A stretch of DNA of 64,000 nt from Candidatus Poribacteria bacterium (GTDB lineage Bacteria > Poribacteria > WGA-4E > WGA-3G), in contig OZ251518.1 of NCBI GenBank assembly GCA_965242965.1, positions 1,600,001 through 1,664,000 of the forward strand, read 5' to 3'. The notes under the pieces were generated by a model that was not told where the DNA came from, did no database searches, and saw nothing but the letters and a program-made list of their open reading frames with translations. The position numbers and the translations under genes are program-made. Each line of letters starts with the position of its first letter. Position 1 is the first letter of the stretch. Below, piece after piece: positions 51,209 to 60,603 of this stretch.

Positions 51209-52123
51209 TTGAAGAAACACTCTGCCTGTCTTATCATTCTCGTTCTTGTCACGCTCATGAGCTGCGTTACAGCGTTTGCGGACAGCGGCCACGAACACTC
51301 CGGTGACCGGTTGAAAGAATTTATCACCCAACCGCTCACACTGCAACTTGCCGTTGTCGCCTTAGTTGTCTCATTCGTGCTCGGTGGGTTGCACGCGTTG
51401 ACTCCCGGGCATGGAAAAGCGGTTGTCGCGGCGTATTTAGTCGGCTCTAAAGGCAGGATTATTGACGCAGTTTTCTTGGGACTCGTGGTAACTTTTACGC
51501 ATACCTTCAGCGTCATCGCCCTCGGCATAGTGATGCTGTTGGCGGAGAGTTATCTAGTACCACAGGATATCGTCCCATGGCTCAGCCTATTTTCTGGCGT
51601 GTTGATTGCCGGCATCGGCGCTTGGCTTCTGGCAAAAAATATGAAGCAGTATTATGGCGGGCACGGACACAGTCATTCACATGGGCATTCGCATGGGCAC
51701 TCACATGGGCACTCACATGGGCATTCGCATGGGCATGGACACCACCATCATCACGGCGACGGACACAGCCACTCGCACGCGCCAGCGGAGGTGTCAACGC
51801 GCACCGGTTTCTGGGGCCTGTTATCACTCGGCATCTCCGGTGGTATCGTGCCGTGCGTTGACGCGCTTGTGGGCCTGCTCTTTGCCATCAGCCTCAACAA
51901 ACTCACGTGGGGTATCGTTATCTTGTGTGCGTTTTCGTTAGGGCTCGCCGCCGTGTTAGTCGCCATCGGCGTGTTGATGGTAGTGGCGAAGCCGTTTATT
52001 GAGCGATTCACCGGCGAAGGCATCTGGCTCAAACGATTGCCGATTTTCAGTGCCGCTGTCGTGATTATTCTCGGTGCCGTATTGGTATTCAAAGCACTCA
52101 GCGATGTGGGCATCCAGATTTAG
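51209..52123 (+). CDS. Nickel/cobalt transporter (RcnA/NicO family)
   Basis: [12 protein letters not shown], His-rich loop, GIVPC motifs. Confidence 0.88.
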   Translation: MKKHSACLIILVLVTLMSCVTAFADSGHEHSGDRLKEFITQPLTLQLAVVALVVSFVLGGLHALTPGHGKAVVAAYLVGSKGRIIDAVFLGLVVTFTHTFSVIALGIVMLLAESYLVPQDIVPWLSLFSGVLIAGIGAWLLAKNMKQYYGGHGHSHSHGHSHGHSHGHSHGHSHGHGHHHHHGDGHSHSHAPAEVSTRTGFWGLLSLGISGGIVPCVDALVGLLFAISLNKLTWGIVILCAFSLGLAAVLVAIGVLMVVAKPFIERFTGEGIWLKRLPIFSAAVVIILGAVLVFKALSDVGIQI

Positions 52124-52164
52124 AGGCTCCAAACATTTCGTGTTTAACGGAAGGGATTTTTGAT

Positions 52165-53049
52165 ATGTCGGATACCATTGGAATTTTAAGCCCCGGCGAT
52201 ATGGGGCATACCGTCGGCGATGTCCTGCGTCAAAACGGGGCGCGCGTCATCACCTGTCTGGAGGGGAGAAGTGCTCGCACTCGCGCGCTCGCCGAAAAAG
52301 CAGGAATTATTGATGTGCCGACGTATCGGCAACTCGTCACCGAGTCAGACTTGGTGCTTTCCATCATGGTGCCAGCACAGGCGATGTCCGCTGCAGAAGT
52401 TGTCGCCGATGCACTGCGCGGGACAGATACGCCGCTGACGTATGCCGATTGCAACGCGATTGCGCCACAAACGGTGCGAGCACTCGGAGAGGTTCTCACA
52501 TCGGCAGGCGGCACATTTGTGGATGCCTCAATCATCGGCCCGCCGCCGCGAACCGCGGGCGCGACTCGGTTCTATGCCTCAGGACCGGAACTTGAAACGT
52601 TTTTGATGCTCAACCGATATGGCTTAGACGTGCGTCCCCTCGGCGACGAAATCGGGCTCGCCTCGGCGATGAAGATGTGTTATGCCTCGTTAACGAAAGG
52701 GTTAACTGCACTCTGCACTGAACTCCTGACTGCGGCGGAAGTCTTAGGCGTTTCGGATGCGCTGACAGCGGAGTTTCGGTTAAGTCAATCCGCACTCTTT
52801 GAACGGATGGAAAAAGGGTTGCCGAGTATGCCGCCGAAGGCAAAACGGTGGATCGGCGAGATGGAGGAAATCTCGGCAACCTTTGAGCATGTCGGGTTAA
52901 CTCCGAAAATTCTAGCCGGTGCGGCGGACATGTATCGTCTCGTTGGCGAAACGCCCCTTGCTAACCTGCCGCCGGAAGCACGAGACCGGTTTCCAACGTT
53001 GGCTGAGCTCATCGCGATTTTGGCGGGACAGATTCAACCGCGCACATAA
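52165..53049 (+). CDS. NAD(P)-dependent oxidoreductase (6PGD-like N-terminus, DUF1932-like C-terminus)
   Basis: SPGDMG, DCNAIAP, DASIIGPPP, KMCYAS.TKG and RW.GEMEEI motifs. Confidence 0.85.
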   Translation: MSDTIGILSPGDMGHTVGDVLRQNGARVITCLEGRSARTRALAEKAGIIDVPTYRQLVTESDLVLSIMVPAQAMSAAEVVADALRGTDTPLTYADCNAIAPQTVRALGEVLTSAGGTFVDASIIGPPPRTAGATRFYASGPELETFLMLNRYGLDVRPLGDEIGLASAMKMCYASLTKGLTALCTELLTAAEVLGVSDALTAEFRLSQSALFERMEKGLPSMPPKAKRWIGEMEEISATFEHVGLTPKILAGAADMYRLVGETPLANLPPEARDRFPTLAELIAILAGQIQPRT

Positions 53050-53087
53050 CCTTCCTGGGCCCGTAGGACGGAGGATAGCCTCTCGTC

Positions 53088-53915
53088 CTACGGGCTAGCG
53101 GCGTTTTCTTCCGCTGCCTCACCTTCCGCCGATTCCATAATCCATTTTTCAAACGCGGCGGTATCCTTGAAAAATGAACGCATCAGCGCAAATTCAGCGG
53201 GAGACGCGATGGCGCACCGCAAAAGCCCCTCCGATGCATCGTGCTTCTCTAGACGTTCGCGCCACGCGCGCTGATACACTGCTGTATGCATGGCGGCAAG
53301 TTCATCAGGAATTGCACCTGCCTGTATCATTTTCTGGAAAAACAGCGGAAAAGAGATGCCCTTGAGCTCTGTCTGTATGAATTCGGCATAAGGTTTTGCC
53401 AGATATTCCTTTCTCAGTTCGCTGTGTTCATCCGTGTTAAGGACGGCGAATCCCTTTTCTGCAATCAGATGCCGCACCTTGAAATAGTAACCGACGAAGA
53501 TTTGCAACTCTTTCGCCGATGTCTCCGGTGAAAAGGCATCCTTGAACGCGAATAACACAGCGGTTTTGCGCTTCGGTGTCGGCATCTCGGCAACGTAGGC
53601 AGGAAAATCGGGATAGTCCTTCCCCACCTGCTCCTTCAGATAAGCGAGATAGCGTGCTGTGGACAAACTTGCATCTACCGGAACGCCGCTTTTCAGCAGT
53701 GCCCCGAGCAGTTGTTGTTGCGTCTCGGTTAACGGAGTCCGGGCCAATATCTCTAACGCCGTTTTGCGCTGTGATCCCTTGTCGACGAGTTCTTTCATGT
53801 CCTTCACGATGTCGCCGACTGGGGCTTGTTCTTCCGCGTTTGCTAGACAGAGCGGCAGAACGAGAAAAAGGAACAACATCCCGTTCCCGATTCTTGCGAG
53901 GATGGTTTGTCTCAC
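53088..53915 (-). CDS. Exported hypothetical protein
   Basis: Signal peptide; overlaps the upstream stop. Confidence 0.7.
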   Translation of the reverse strand: MRQTILARIGNGMLFLFLVLPLCLANAEEQAPVGDIVKDMKELVDKGSQRKTALEILARTPLTETQQQLLGALLKSGVPVDASLSTARYLAYLKEQVGKDYPDFPAYVAEMPTPKRKTAVLFAFKDAFSPETSAKELQIFVGYYFKVRHLIAEKGFAVLNTDEHSELRKEYLAKPYAEFIQTELKGISFPLFFQKMIQAGAIPDELAAMHTAVYQRAWRERLEKHDASEGLLRCAIASPAEFALMRSFFKDTAAFEKWIMESAEGEAAEENAASP

Positions 53916-54904
53916 GGTTGCACCTCCGTTGGTAAAGGTTGTTCAATGCGCAGCGTTGCTTCGGATGCTGCAGGCGGCTGTTCATCGGCAACCCAAGCCT
54001 CTATTTCCGCCGATGAACCGAAGCGTTCCAGCAGCCAATTTGCCGCCTCTTCGTCGGTTTCAAGCAGATGCAAGACTCCTTCATCAGTGCCGTGGGAAGA
54101 CAGTGTATCTCGGATAGTTGTTATCCGCGATGCCGACATCGGCGCAGGCGCGTCAGGTTGAGATGCCGCGCTCTCCACAGAGGCGGCCGGCGATGTCAAC
54201 GAAGTTTCTCCCGACACAGCGGGCGCGAAGAGAGACGACATATCTGGTGGAACAGTAAACGGTTCTGCTTCTAATTCGCCAGCGACGAGGATTTGTTCCA
54301 TCAGCCACCCCATTCCCGTGCTGAGGTCCCCTTTGAAGTAGGCCAGGTCCCATAGTAAAAAATCCTGGTCTTCGTGCACGAGTTCCTCGACAACCGTGAG
54401 GACTTCTCGAAAGTCACCAGGGGTCTCAAAGACAATCGCATGAACCTTTGCTGCCATTTCGGGTTCGTAATCCGCCGGATCTCCGCCGGGACCGCGTTCT
54501 TGAAATGCCGCTAGTGCGATTTCCCCAATATCGATGCGCTCTACGCCTTGTGCATCGGCGAAAGTATCAAATATCTCCTGTAAGGAGAAATGGATATCCG
54601 GTCCGTCGGCAAGCGTTTTCCCTTCAAACCGTTGAACGAGTGACTGGTGGAGCTGCTGTTTAACAGCGTCCATTTTCGCCGTCTGTTCGGCAGTTGGAGC
54701 CGGACTCCCTGACTGAGGTGTTTTCACAACTTCCTCAGTGTCGCGCGCAGGGGTTGTGCTGACGGCCGGCTCATCCGTTTGGCGTGTTATGTTCTCTGGC
54801 GCAATCGGGGCCTCCGTTTGGGAACGCGACACCATAAAAAGTGCCACGCCAATCAGGCAAACGAGACAGACACCGAGAACCGTCGAAAAAAAACGGGTTT
54901 TCAT
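53912..54904 (-). CDS. Membrane-anchored hypothetical protein
   Basis: RBS aggagg; N-terminal TM and Pro/Thr linker. Confidence 0.72.
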   Translation of the reverse strand: MKTRFFSTVLGVCLVCLIGVALFMVSRSQTEAPIAPENITRQTDEPAVSTTPARDTEEVVKTPQSGSPAPTAEQTAKMDAVKQQLHQSLVQRFEGKTLADGPDIHFSLQEIFDTFADAQGVERIDIGEIALAAFQERGPGGDPADYEPEMAAKVHAIVFETPGDFREVLTVVEELVHEDQDFLLWDLAYFKGDLSTGMGWLMEQILVAGELEAEPFTVPPDMSSLFAPAVSGETSLTSPAASVESAASQPDAPAPMSASRITTIRDTLSSHGTDEGVLHLLETDEEAANWLLERFGSSAEIEAWVADEQPPAASEATLRIEQPLPTEVQP

Positions 54905-54916
54905 GAGAATCCTCCT

Positions 54917-55621
54917 TTAGCGTTTGCGGAATTCTTGTTCTATCATCTTCCGCCGTTCTGCCGGCGAAGCGTTACGAAACTTCATGGCTTTGCCCGGGTC
55001 CAGTTGAGATTTTCCGGGCTGTCTGTTCGGCTTGTGACTCTCCGCGGCTTTTTCGCCTTCGTTACGCGGTTTGGCATCCACATTTGCGCGCGTCTCAAAA
55101 CCACGGCGCGAACGTGATTGTGTTAGGAATTGCAGCGAACCTGCCTTCAGTGTTATCGCCTTTCCCGCTTCGTCCAAGACAACTTGTTTCGATTGAATAT
55201 CCTTCACCGTTGCGTTGCCTACCTTTTCGCCGATGGTGACGAAGTAATAGCGGTTCGCCCGGGTCTCCTGCAAAATCGCCTGCGCTATCGCCGTGTCGGT
55301 GTCAACAACGGTGCCGAGCAGCCGATACGACGGTGCCTCATTCGGCTTTCTCCAGCCGAGAGGCCGAAAGAGATTGTTGTCGATGATGACGCGATAAAAC
55401 GCTTCGTTCTCGCCGAAGTCGGCTTGACGTTGATGCGCGCGGGCTCGTGCGCGTTGTTGCGTCGCAGTTTTTTGATTCGTCGTCCTAGCCTCAGATTGTG
55501 TGGCGATGGCATCACCCGCGGGTTTCTCTTGCGCATCAGGGGCTCGGATTGCAAGCACCATAAATAGGCACACCACGCATCCGATGCCCACACTGCAGGT
55601 AATCTTCAGCAGTAAGTTCAT
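54917..55621 (-). CDS. GspC/PilP-like type II secretion accessory domain protein
   Basis: N-terminal TM; NLFRPLG...YRLLGTV....AIL.....Y.V.IGEKVG...VKDI....VVL. Confidence 0.55.
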   Translation of the reverse strand: MNLLLKITCSVGIGCVVCLFMVLAIRAPDAQEKPAGDAIATQSEARTTNQKTATQQRARARAHQRQADFGENEAFYRVIIDNNLFRPLGWRKPNEAPSYRLLGTVVDTDTAIAQAILQETRANRYYFVTIGEKVGNATVKDIQSKQVVLDEAGKAITLKAGSLQFLTQSRSRRGFETRANVDAKPRNEGEKAAESHKPNRQPGKSQLDPGKAMKFRNASPAERRKMIEQEFRKR

Positions 55622-55920
55622 GCTTAACCTCCTACTAACATTGTCGGACATTTTTTGCAAAGTGCCCCAACTTTTTGACGATATCCGCGCTTTAACACCT
55701 ATAGACGTGATTTTGAGGCAAAAGGCCCCAAAAAACAGTGAAAAAAAAATGATGCCGAGCCGGAAACCGAAATTTTTCTGCTAAAATCCGGTCGATTTTT
55801 TGAAAAATGTGAAGTCTGAGATGCTGCTGACATATTATATCCAATCGCACCTTTTCGTGCATCTTGAAAACGCTTTTGCCCCTTTTGGGGTAATTTCACT
55901 GATTCGCGGCGGGAATTTAT

Positions 55921-55936
55921 TGGCATAGAATTTGCA
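55921..55936 (+). promoter_or_regulatory. sigma54 promoter of the DUF4159 gene
   Basis: TGGCAT-AGAAT-TTGCA, GG-N10-GC, 70 bp before the ATG. Confidence 0.6.
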
Positions 55937-56005
55937 CGTATCTTTGCAATAAGTTTTGTAACGACGCGCGTTAAGACGCGCAAATATCTTTTGGAGGACG
56001 AAACC

Positions 56006-57478
56006 ATGAGTGCGAAAAGAACTTCAAGCGCGCTGATGACATCACTAGTGCTACACCTCGTCATCGCGCTTATCGCTGGGTTCTACCTCATCAGTCAAAC
56101 GGACTATTTTGAGGCTGTTTTTGATATTGACTTCCTTGACACGGAGCCGCCGAAACCGCCAAGAGTGCGGGAGATTCTCATCCGAAAACCAATTAGGCCG
56201 TCCGCATCGCCGCAGCACACGGTTGTTTCTGAACCTGTTCAGGTGAAACCGCATGTCACGAAGGCATTTGATAAACCTACCGTTTTCCAGCCGCAGCAGG
56301 TGCTGGAATTCACAAATGAGGTTGTCAAGGTAGACGCGCCGATGAACCCGAACGTGCCAAGTGTTGTCGTGTCAAATACGCAACCGCAGGTGTGGACGCA
56401 GGCAGCACTGCCGGTATCCGATGCGCCCGGGGCGTTAGTTTTCTCATCCCCAGTGGCGACTGCACCTTCCGCAGGGCCCGCCCGTGTGAATAGGGGTGCA
56501 GCGGGACATGTCCAACTCAAGGTTACATTTAAGCGGCCGCCGGTACTTGCGATGGTTCAGCACGTCGGTGCTGTGAACAGCGGATTGAATGATGTCGTGA
56601 AAAGCATCTCACTCGGCGGTGAGGACGTGCAACCGCTTGAAAGAGGCAACCCGGGTGGAACAGTTGTCGGTAAAGGCCGCGACATCCGCGGTGTTTTCCG
56701 TTTTACGCGTATTCGTCACAGCCTTTCCGACTGGTGGGCTGATGCGTCTTCGTTGAACGCCTTGACGAAATGGCTCAACGAACGCACGAAGATCAAGACA
56801 GACATGAACGTTGAGGGTGGCGCAGTAAAGTTGACTGATGCCAATCTGTTAAAAATGCCGCTTGCGTTTATGACAGGGCATGATCCTTCGCTTACGCGTT
56901 CCCGGAACTTACTCGGCAGACAGTATGGCGGCGGGAAAATGGATAGCCGATTTTCTGAGGCAGAGGCTGCTGGGCTGCGCCGGTATCTTGTCGAGAAAGG
57001 CGGGTTCCTCGTCTTTGACGACTGCGGTGTGAACGCGCCCGCGCAGGCGATGGTGCGCCTCTTCCTCGCGCAGATGCGTTATGTCATGCCGGAATACCAG
57101 ATCGAACGTATCCCGAATCACCACGAGGTTTACAACAACTTCTATGAAATGGGCGGCCCACCGGTTGGCTTTGACATCTTCTGGTGGGGGACGCGCCCGC
57201 CGAAACGGAACTACCTTGAAGGTATCTCTGTCGGCGAGAAGTTGTCTGTCATCGTCGTCCGTCGCGACTACATGTGCGCGATGGAGTCGGTGAGCCTTCC
57301 GACGCGGAGTGTGCACTATTCGCCGGGTGTGTATCGTTTCATGACGAACGTTGTCGTGTATGCGCTGACACACGGCGGAATTTCGGATTATTCCAATTAT
57401 GTGCCGGCGGATACGTTGGCGAATAAGGAGCTGCCGACGCGTGCGCCGCAAGCGGCGAAGGTAGGTGGTTTTGAATAG
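56006..57478 (+). CDS. Membrane-anchored DUF4159-like protein
   Basis: RBS ggagg; SLVLH TM anchor; P.AFMTGH, LRRYL..GGFL.FDDC and NVVVYALTH motifs. Confidence 0.8.
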   Translation: MSAKRTSSALMTSLVLHLVIALIAGFYLISQTDYFEAVFDIDFLDTEPPKPPRVREILIRKPIRPSASPQHTVVSEPVQVKPHVTKAFDKPTVFQPQQVLEFTNEVVKVDAPMNPNVPSVVVSNTQPQVWTQAALPVSDAPGALVFSSPVATAPSAGPARVNRGAAGHVQLKVTFKRPPVLAMVQHVGAVNSGLNDVVKSISLGGEDVQPLERGNPGGTVVGKGRDIRGVFRFTRIRHSLSDWWADASSLNALTKWLNERTKIKTDMNVEGGAVKLTDANLLKMPLAFMTGHDPSLTRSRNLLGRQYGGGKMDSRFSEAEAAGLRRYLVEKGGFLVFDDCGVNAPAQAMVRLFLAQMRYVMPEYQIERIPNHHEVYNNFYEMGGPPVGFDIFWWGTRPPKRNYLEGISVGEKLSVIVVRRDYMCAMESVSLPTRSVHYSPGVYRFMTNVVVYALTHGGISDYSNYVPADTLANKELPTRAPQAAKVGGFE

Positions 57479-57554
57479 TGAAGGAGACTCGATTCCTCTC
57501 TGTAGCCTTCGTGCTGCAGAGGGGAATTTGGTGTCAATTAGGGATATGTCGCGG

Positions 57555-58376
57555 TTAACCCCTATATAATTCGTTTAAGCATCCAGAAAGTCCTAACAAC
57601 CGGAGCTCTCGCGCAACATAATCGATGACAGCCTTTTCCAGCGCGAAAGGATAATTGTCTCCGTGCTGCTTGGCAATGCCCGGGCCATATCGTTGCATCA
57701 TCGCTGCCAGCCGAAGATGCGCTTTTGCCAGACTTTCTTTCTCTATGCCGTTCATTGTTAACGCCGCCTCAATTTCTTTTCGGTGCTCTTGCGGCAAGAA
57801 AACGTTGACATTTTTCACGCCTCTATCGCGTTGTTTCCCACCGCCGATAATCAGTACTTCCGTAAGCGACATCACCACAAATGTCGTTCCCATGAACCCC
57901 GCGATGTGTTCTTCACGTCCGAGGACTGTAGGCAAAATGGCGAGCAGCCGCCAAAACTCGTTGAAATGCCGCGCTAATTCTGAAGCAACATCTTTCGGTT
58001 CGCTGTTTTCCTGTGCATCCTTGAATTGAATGCTTTCTTGAACTGCATACAACAAGCGAACTGCTGTCCGGTCCCGTAAAATCGTTGTCCCAGAATGCAC
58101 CCAGACATCAAGACGCAGTCCCACCACGGTAATACCGGTTATCATTTGCCCCGGAAATGTCTCCCGAAAAAGGATTAAGGGCTGAATATCGGATAGCCAC
58201 GATTCAAGGCCTTGCTGGAATACCTCCTCATTCTCTGGCGCAACCAAGAGGTGGATATCGATGTCCGAGTATCTATCAGCGGTGTTTTTCGCGAAGCTTC
58301 CTTCAAGCCAAGCTGCTAGCACTCGCGTATCGGAATCGGCTTTGCTTTGGAGGGAATTCAAGTATTCTTGGTGCAT
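57555..58376 (-). CDS. Nucleotidyltransferase-domain protein (aminoglycoside adenylyltransferase-like)
   Basis: LEGSFA...AD.YSDID motif; helical C-terminal domain. Confidence 0.75.
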   Translation of the reverse strand: MHQEYLNSLQSKADSDTRVLAAWLEGSFAKNTADRYSDIDIHLLVAPENEEVFQQGLESWLSDIQPLILFRETFPGQMITGITVVGLRLDVWVHSGTTILRDRTAVRLLYAVQESIQFKDAQENSEPKDVASELARHFNEFWRLLAILPTVLGREEHIAGFMGTTFVVMSLTEVLIIGGGKQRDRGVKNVNVFLPQEHRKEIEAALTMNGIEKESLAKAHLRLAAMMQRYGPGIAKQHGDNYPFALEKAVIDYVARELRLLGLSGCLNELYRG

Positions 58377-58502
58377 TTTTTTTCTCCTAAAAGTTGAATC
58401 TGGTGGCATGCCGCCAATCTCCCCATGTTTCATAAGTTCCTCCGTTCTCTTGTAAGAAAGTATACCAAAATGCGCCGTTTAATGCCACAATGCTAGAAAA
58501 CT

Positions 58503-59067
58503 GAGGGGGTTTCATAACTCGTTGTTGTCAAAATGGTTTCGTGATACCCTGAACGATTCCGTTTCCGCGGTAGGAGAGCCGTCCTGGTCTCAATGCGAGC
58601 GATGCTCCCGTAGGAGAGCCCTCCTGGTCTCCATGCAATTTGTCCTCTGTCCCTCGCCATGCGGCGATCGCGGGGGAAACCCGCTCGGATGCGCGTGTGG
58701 CATCCGAGGGCCCCCGCGCTAGGGGAAAAAACGGCCTCCCTTCACCGTAGGGCGAGGGCCTGTCCCTCGCCGTGCCCGGACCCTATAAAAGACCGTAGTT
58801 CGGGAGCACCCGGTCTTGAACGGGTCGACGGTAAAAAAACGCCCCGGGTTACCGTAGGGCGAGGGCCTGTCCCTCGCCGTGCCTAGACCTTGGAAAAGAC
58901 CGTAGTTCGGGAGCGCCCGCTCCCGAACGGGTCAAGATCAGGCGATCTTGACCTACAGAGGGGGCCTGTCTTACCGTAGGGCGGGGGCCTGTCCCTCGCC
59001 ATGCAACGATCGCGGGGGACAGGCCCCCGCGCTACGGGAAAAAACGGCACTCGTTCTCTTCAGGTCC
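58503..59067. mobile_element. REP cassette beginning with the long-form left terminal repeat
   Basis: gagggggtttcataactcgttgttgtcaaaatgg...; internal ~118-bp duplication. Confidence 0.78.
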
Positions 59068-59293
59068 TTTTTTTATAAAAAAACGCATTTTTCTCCATTT
59101 CGAGCGACCGTTTTCGCGTTTTAAACGTCTTATCTTATGAAAAACGACATCGCGGGCGACCGTTTTCCCGTTTCAAACGTCTTATCAAACAAAGAAACGG
59201 CGCGCGGAAGTCCCCGATTTTGCTTTCAATCTTGTCTGATGTTGTGATATAATACGCGACACGGACGCGAAAAATAGGAGGATACCCACACGT

Positions 59294-59443
59294 ATGTGCT
59301 ACAACCCTGATGAGCCTTTCCTCGACAACGGAGAAACATCTGCAACCGATGCCGAACTCGTCGCGCGCAGCCTGACAGGTGATGACGACGCGCTTGTTGA
59401 GTTGCTCGTCAAATATGAGGCCCTCGTGCGGGAAGTCAGATGA
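59294..59443 (+). pseudogene. Truncated ECF sigma factor N-terminus (49 aa)
   Basis: RBS aggagg; MCYNPDEPFLDNGETSATDAELVARSLTGDDDALVELLVKYEALVREVR* resembles ECF region 1.2/2.1. Confidence 0.6.
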
Positions 59444-59606
59444 ATCGTCCGATGCGTAGGGCACAGCGTTTTTCGTGCTGCATCCGTTTATCTGCTCCTA
59501 TCTGTTTTTAGCAGAAACATCGTTCACGTTCGCGCGAAACGTTCGCGTAGACAGAGATAACGTTTATGAACGGCGCGTCATCAAAAGCGCGCAAGGAGAA
59601 TTTGTA

Positions 59607-60584
59607 ATGAAACCGAAAACGATGGTTATCGCGATTGGCATCCTCATTGCCTTCTGCGCTGGCATCTTCTTTTATGCCGAATGGCAAAAGAAAGCGTTTG
59701 ATGCATCGCTACCACAACCACCGCCTCCGGAACAGGCGGCTCACGCGGATCCCCACGCCGGCCACAACCACGGCCCAGGCGAACACCACGGCAACATGAT
59801 TGAGGTTGAATATCTCGAAGCGCCGCCGGAACAGCTGAGCAACGCAGAAATTGCCTCCCTCCACGCAGGGCTCCCACCTTCATCGGTGCAGGAAGACATT
59901 CCCGAACGCTATCAGCTGCCAAAAGAGTGGAGAAACGTCTATGCATACGAAGCGGGTAAAGAGAGACAAACCAATCCTGACATACCGCTCACCGAGATGC
60001 AAGAGTTTCTCTATCAAGTCACCGTCTATGTGGTTGAAAATCACAACCCGGGACGTCCTATTGCAGAAGTATGGCCCGCCTTCATGGAGGCGGAATTCAT
60101 CTACAACAGCCTCGCCGAACAGGACCTCGGTTTCTTCCCCGGCGAGTATGGCGGCAGCCGCGTCGAATGGGATTATGAGCAGGTTTGGGGGTTCCCAGAA
60201 GTTTACGAACTCGTCCTTAACCATATCAAGGAAGGTTCAAAACCCAATCCGCTCACGTATCTGGTTTACCAAATCGAACTCGGATTAGATTCACCCAATT
60301 GGAATGTTATTCCACTACCAGATGGGCGATCCTTCCGAACACGCCGAAACTACTACTATGAGTTCCGGTACCCTGGTGGTGGATACAGTTGTAACTTCGT
60401 CAGCAAAGAGAAAGCCGAAAGGGTCGTCGTCGTTGACAATATTTTTGAAACCAGCGACGAAGAGCTTGAACGGATTAGTGGATGGGACTACAACATCAAC
60501 CCCTTCACCGGGCGGACAATCAAGCGTTACCGCGCGCAGAGTACCCCTGAACCCGATGGAGAGGTTCACGTTTTCTTTCAATAA
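59607..60584 (+). CDS. Membrane-anchored hypothetical protein
   Basis: RBS aaggag; N-terminal TM, then Pro/His-rich linker. Confidence 0.75.
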   Translation: MKPKTMVIAIGILIAFCAGIFFYAEWQKKAFDASLPQPPPPEQAAHADPHAGHNHGPGEHHGNMIEVEYLEAPPEQLSNAEIASLHAGLPPSSVQEDIPERYQLPKEWRNVYAYEAGKERQTNPDIPLTEMQEFLYQVTVYVVENHNPGRPIAEVWPAFMEAEFIYNSLAEQDLGFFPGEYGGSRVEWDYEQVWGFPEVYELVLNHIKEGSKPNPLTYLVYQIELGLDSPNWNVIPLPDGRSFRTRRNYYYEFRYPGGGYSCNFVSKEKAERVVVVDNIFETSDEELERISGWDYNINPFTGRTIKRYRAQSTPEPDGEVHVFFQ

Positions 60585-60603
60585 CGGAGGATAATTTTAA
60601 AGC

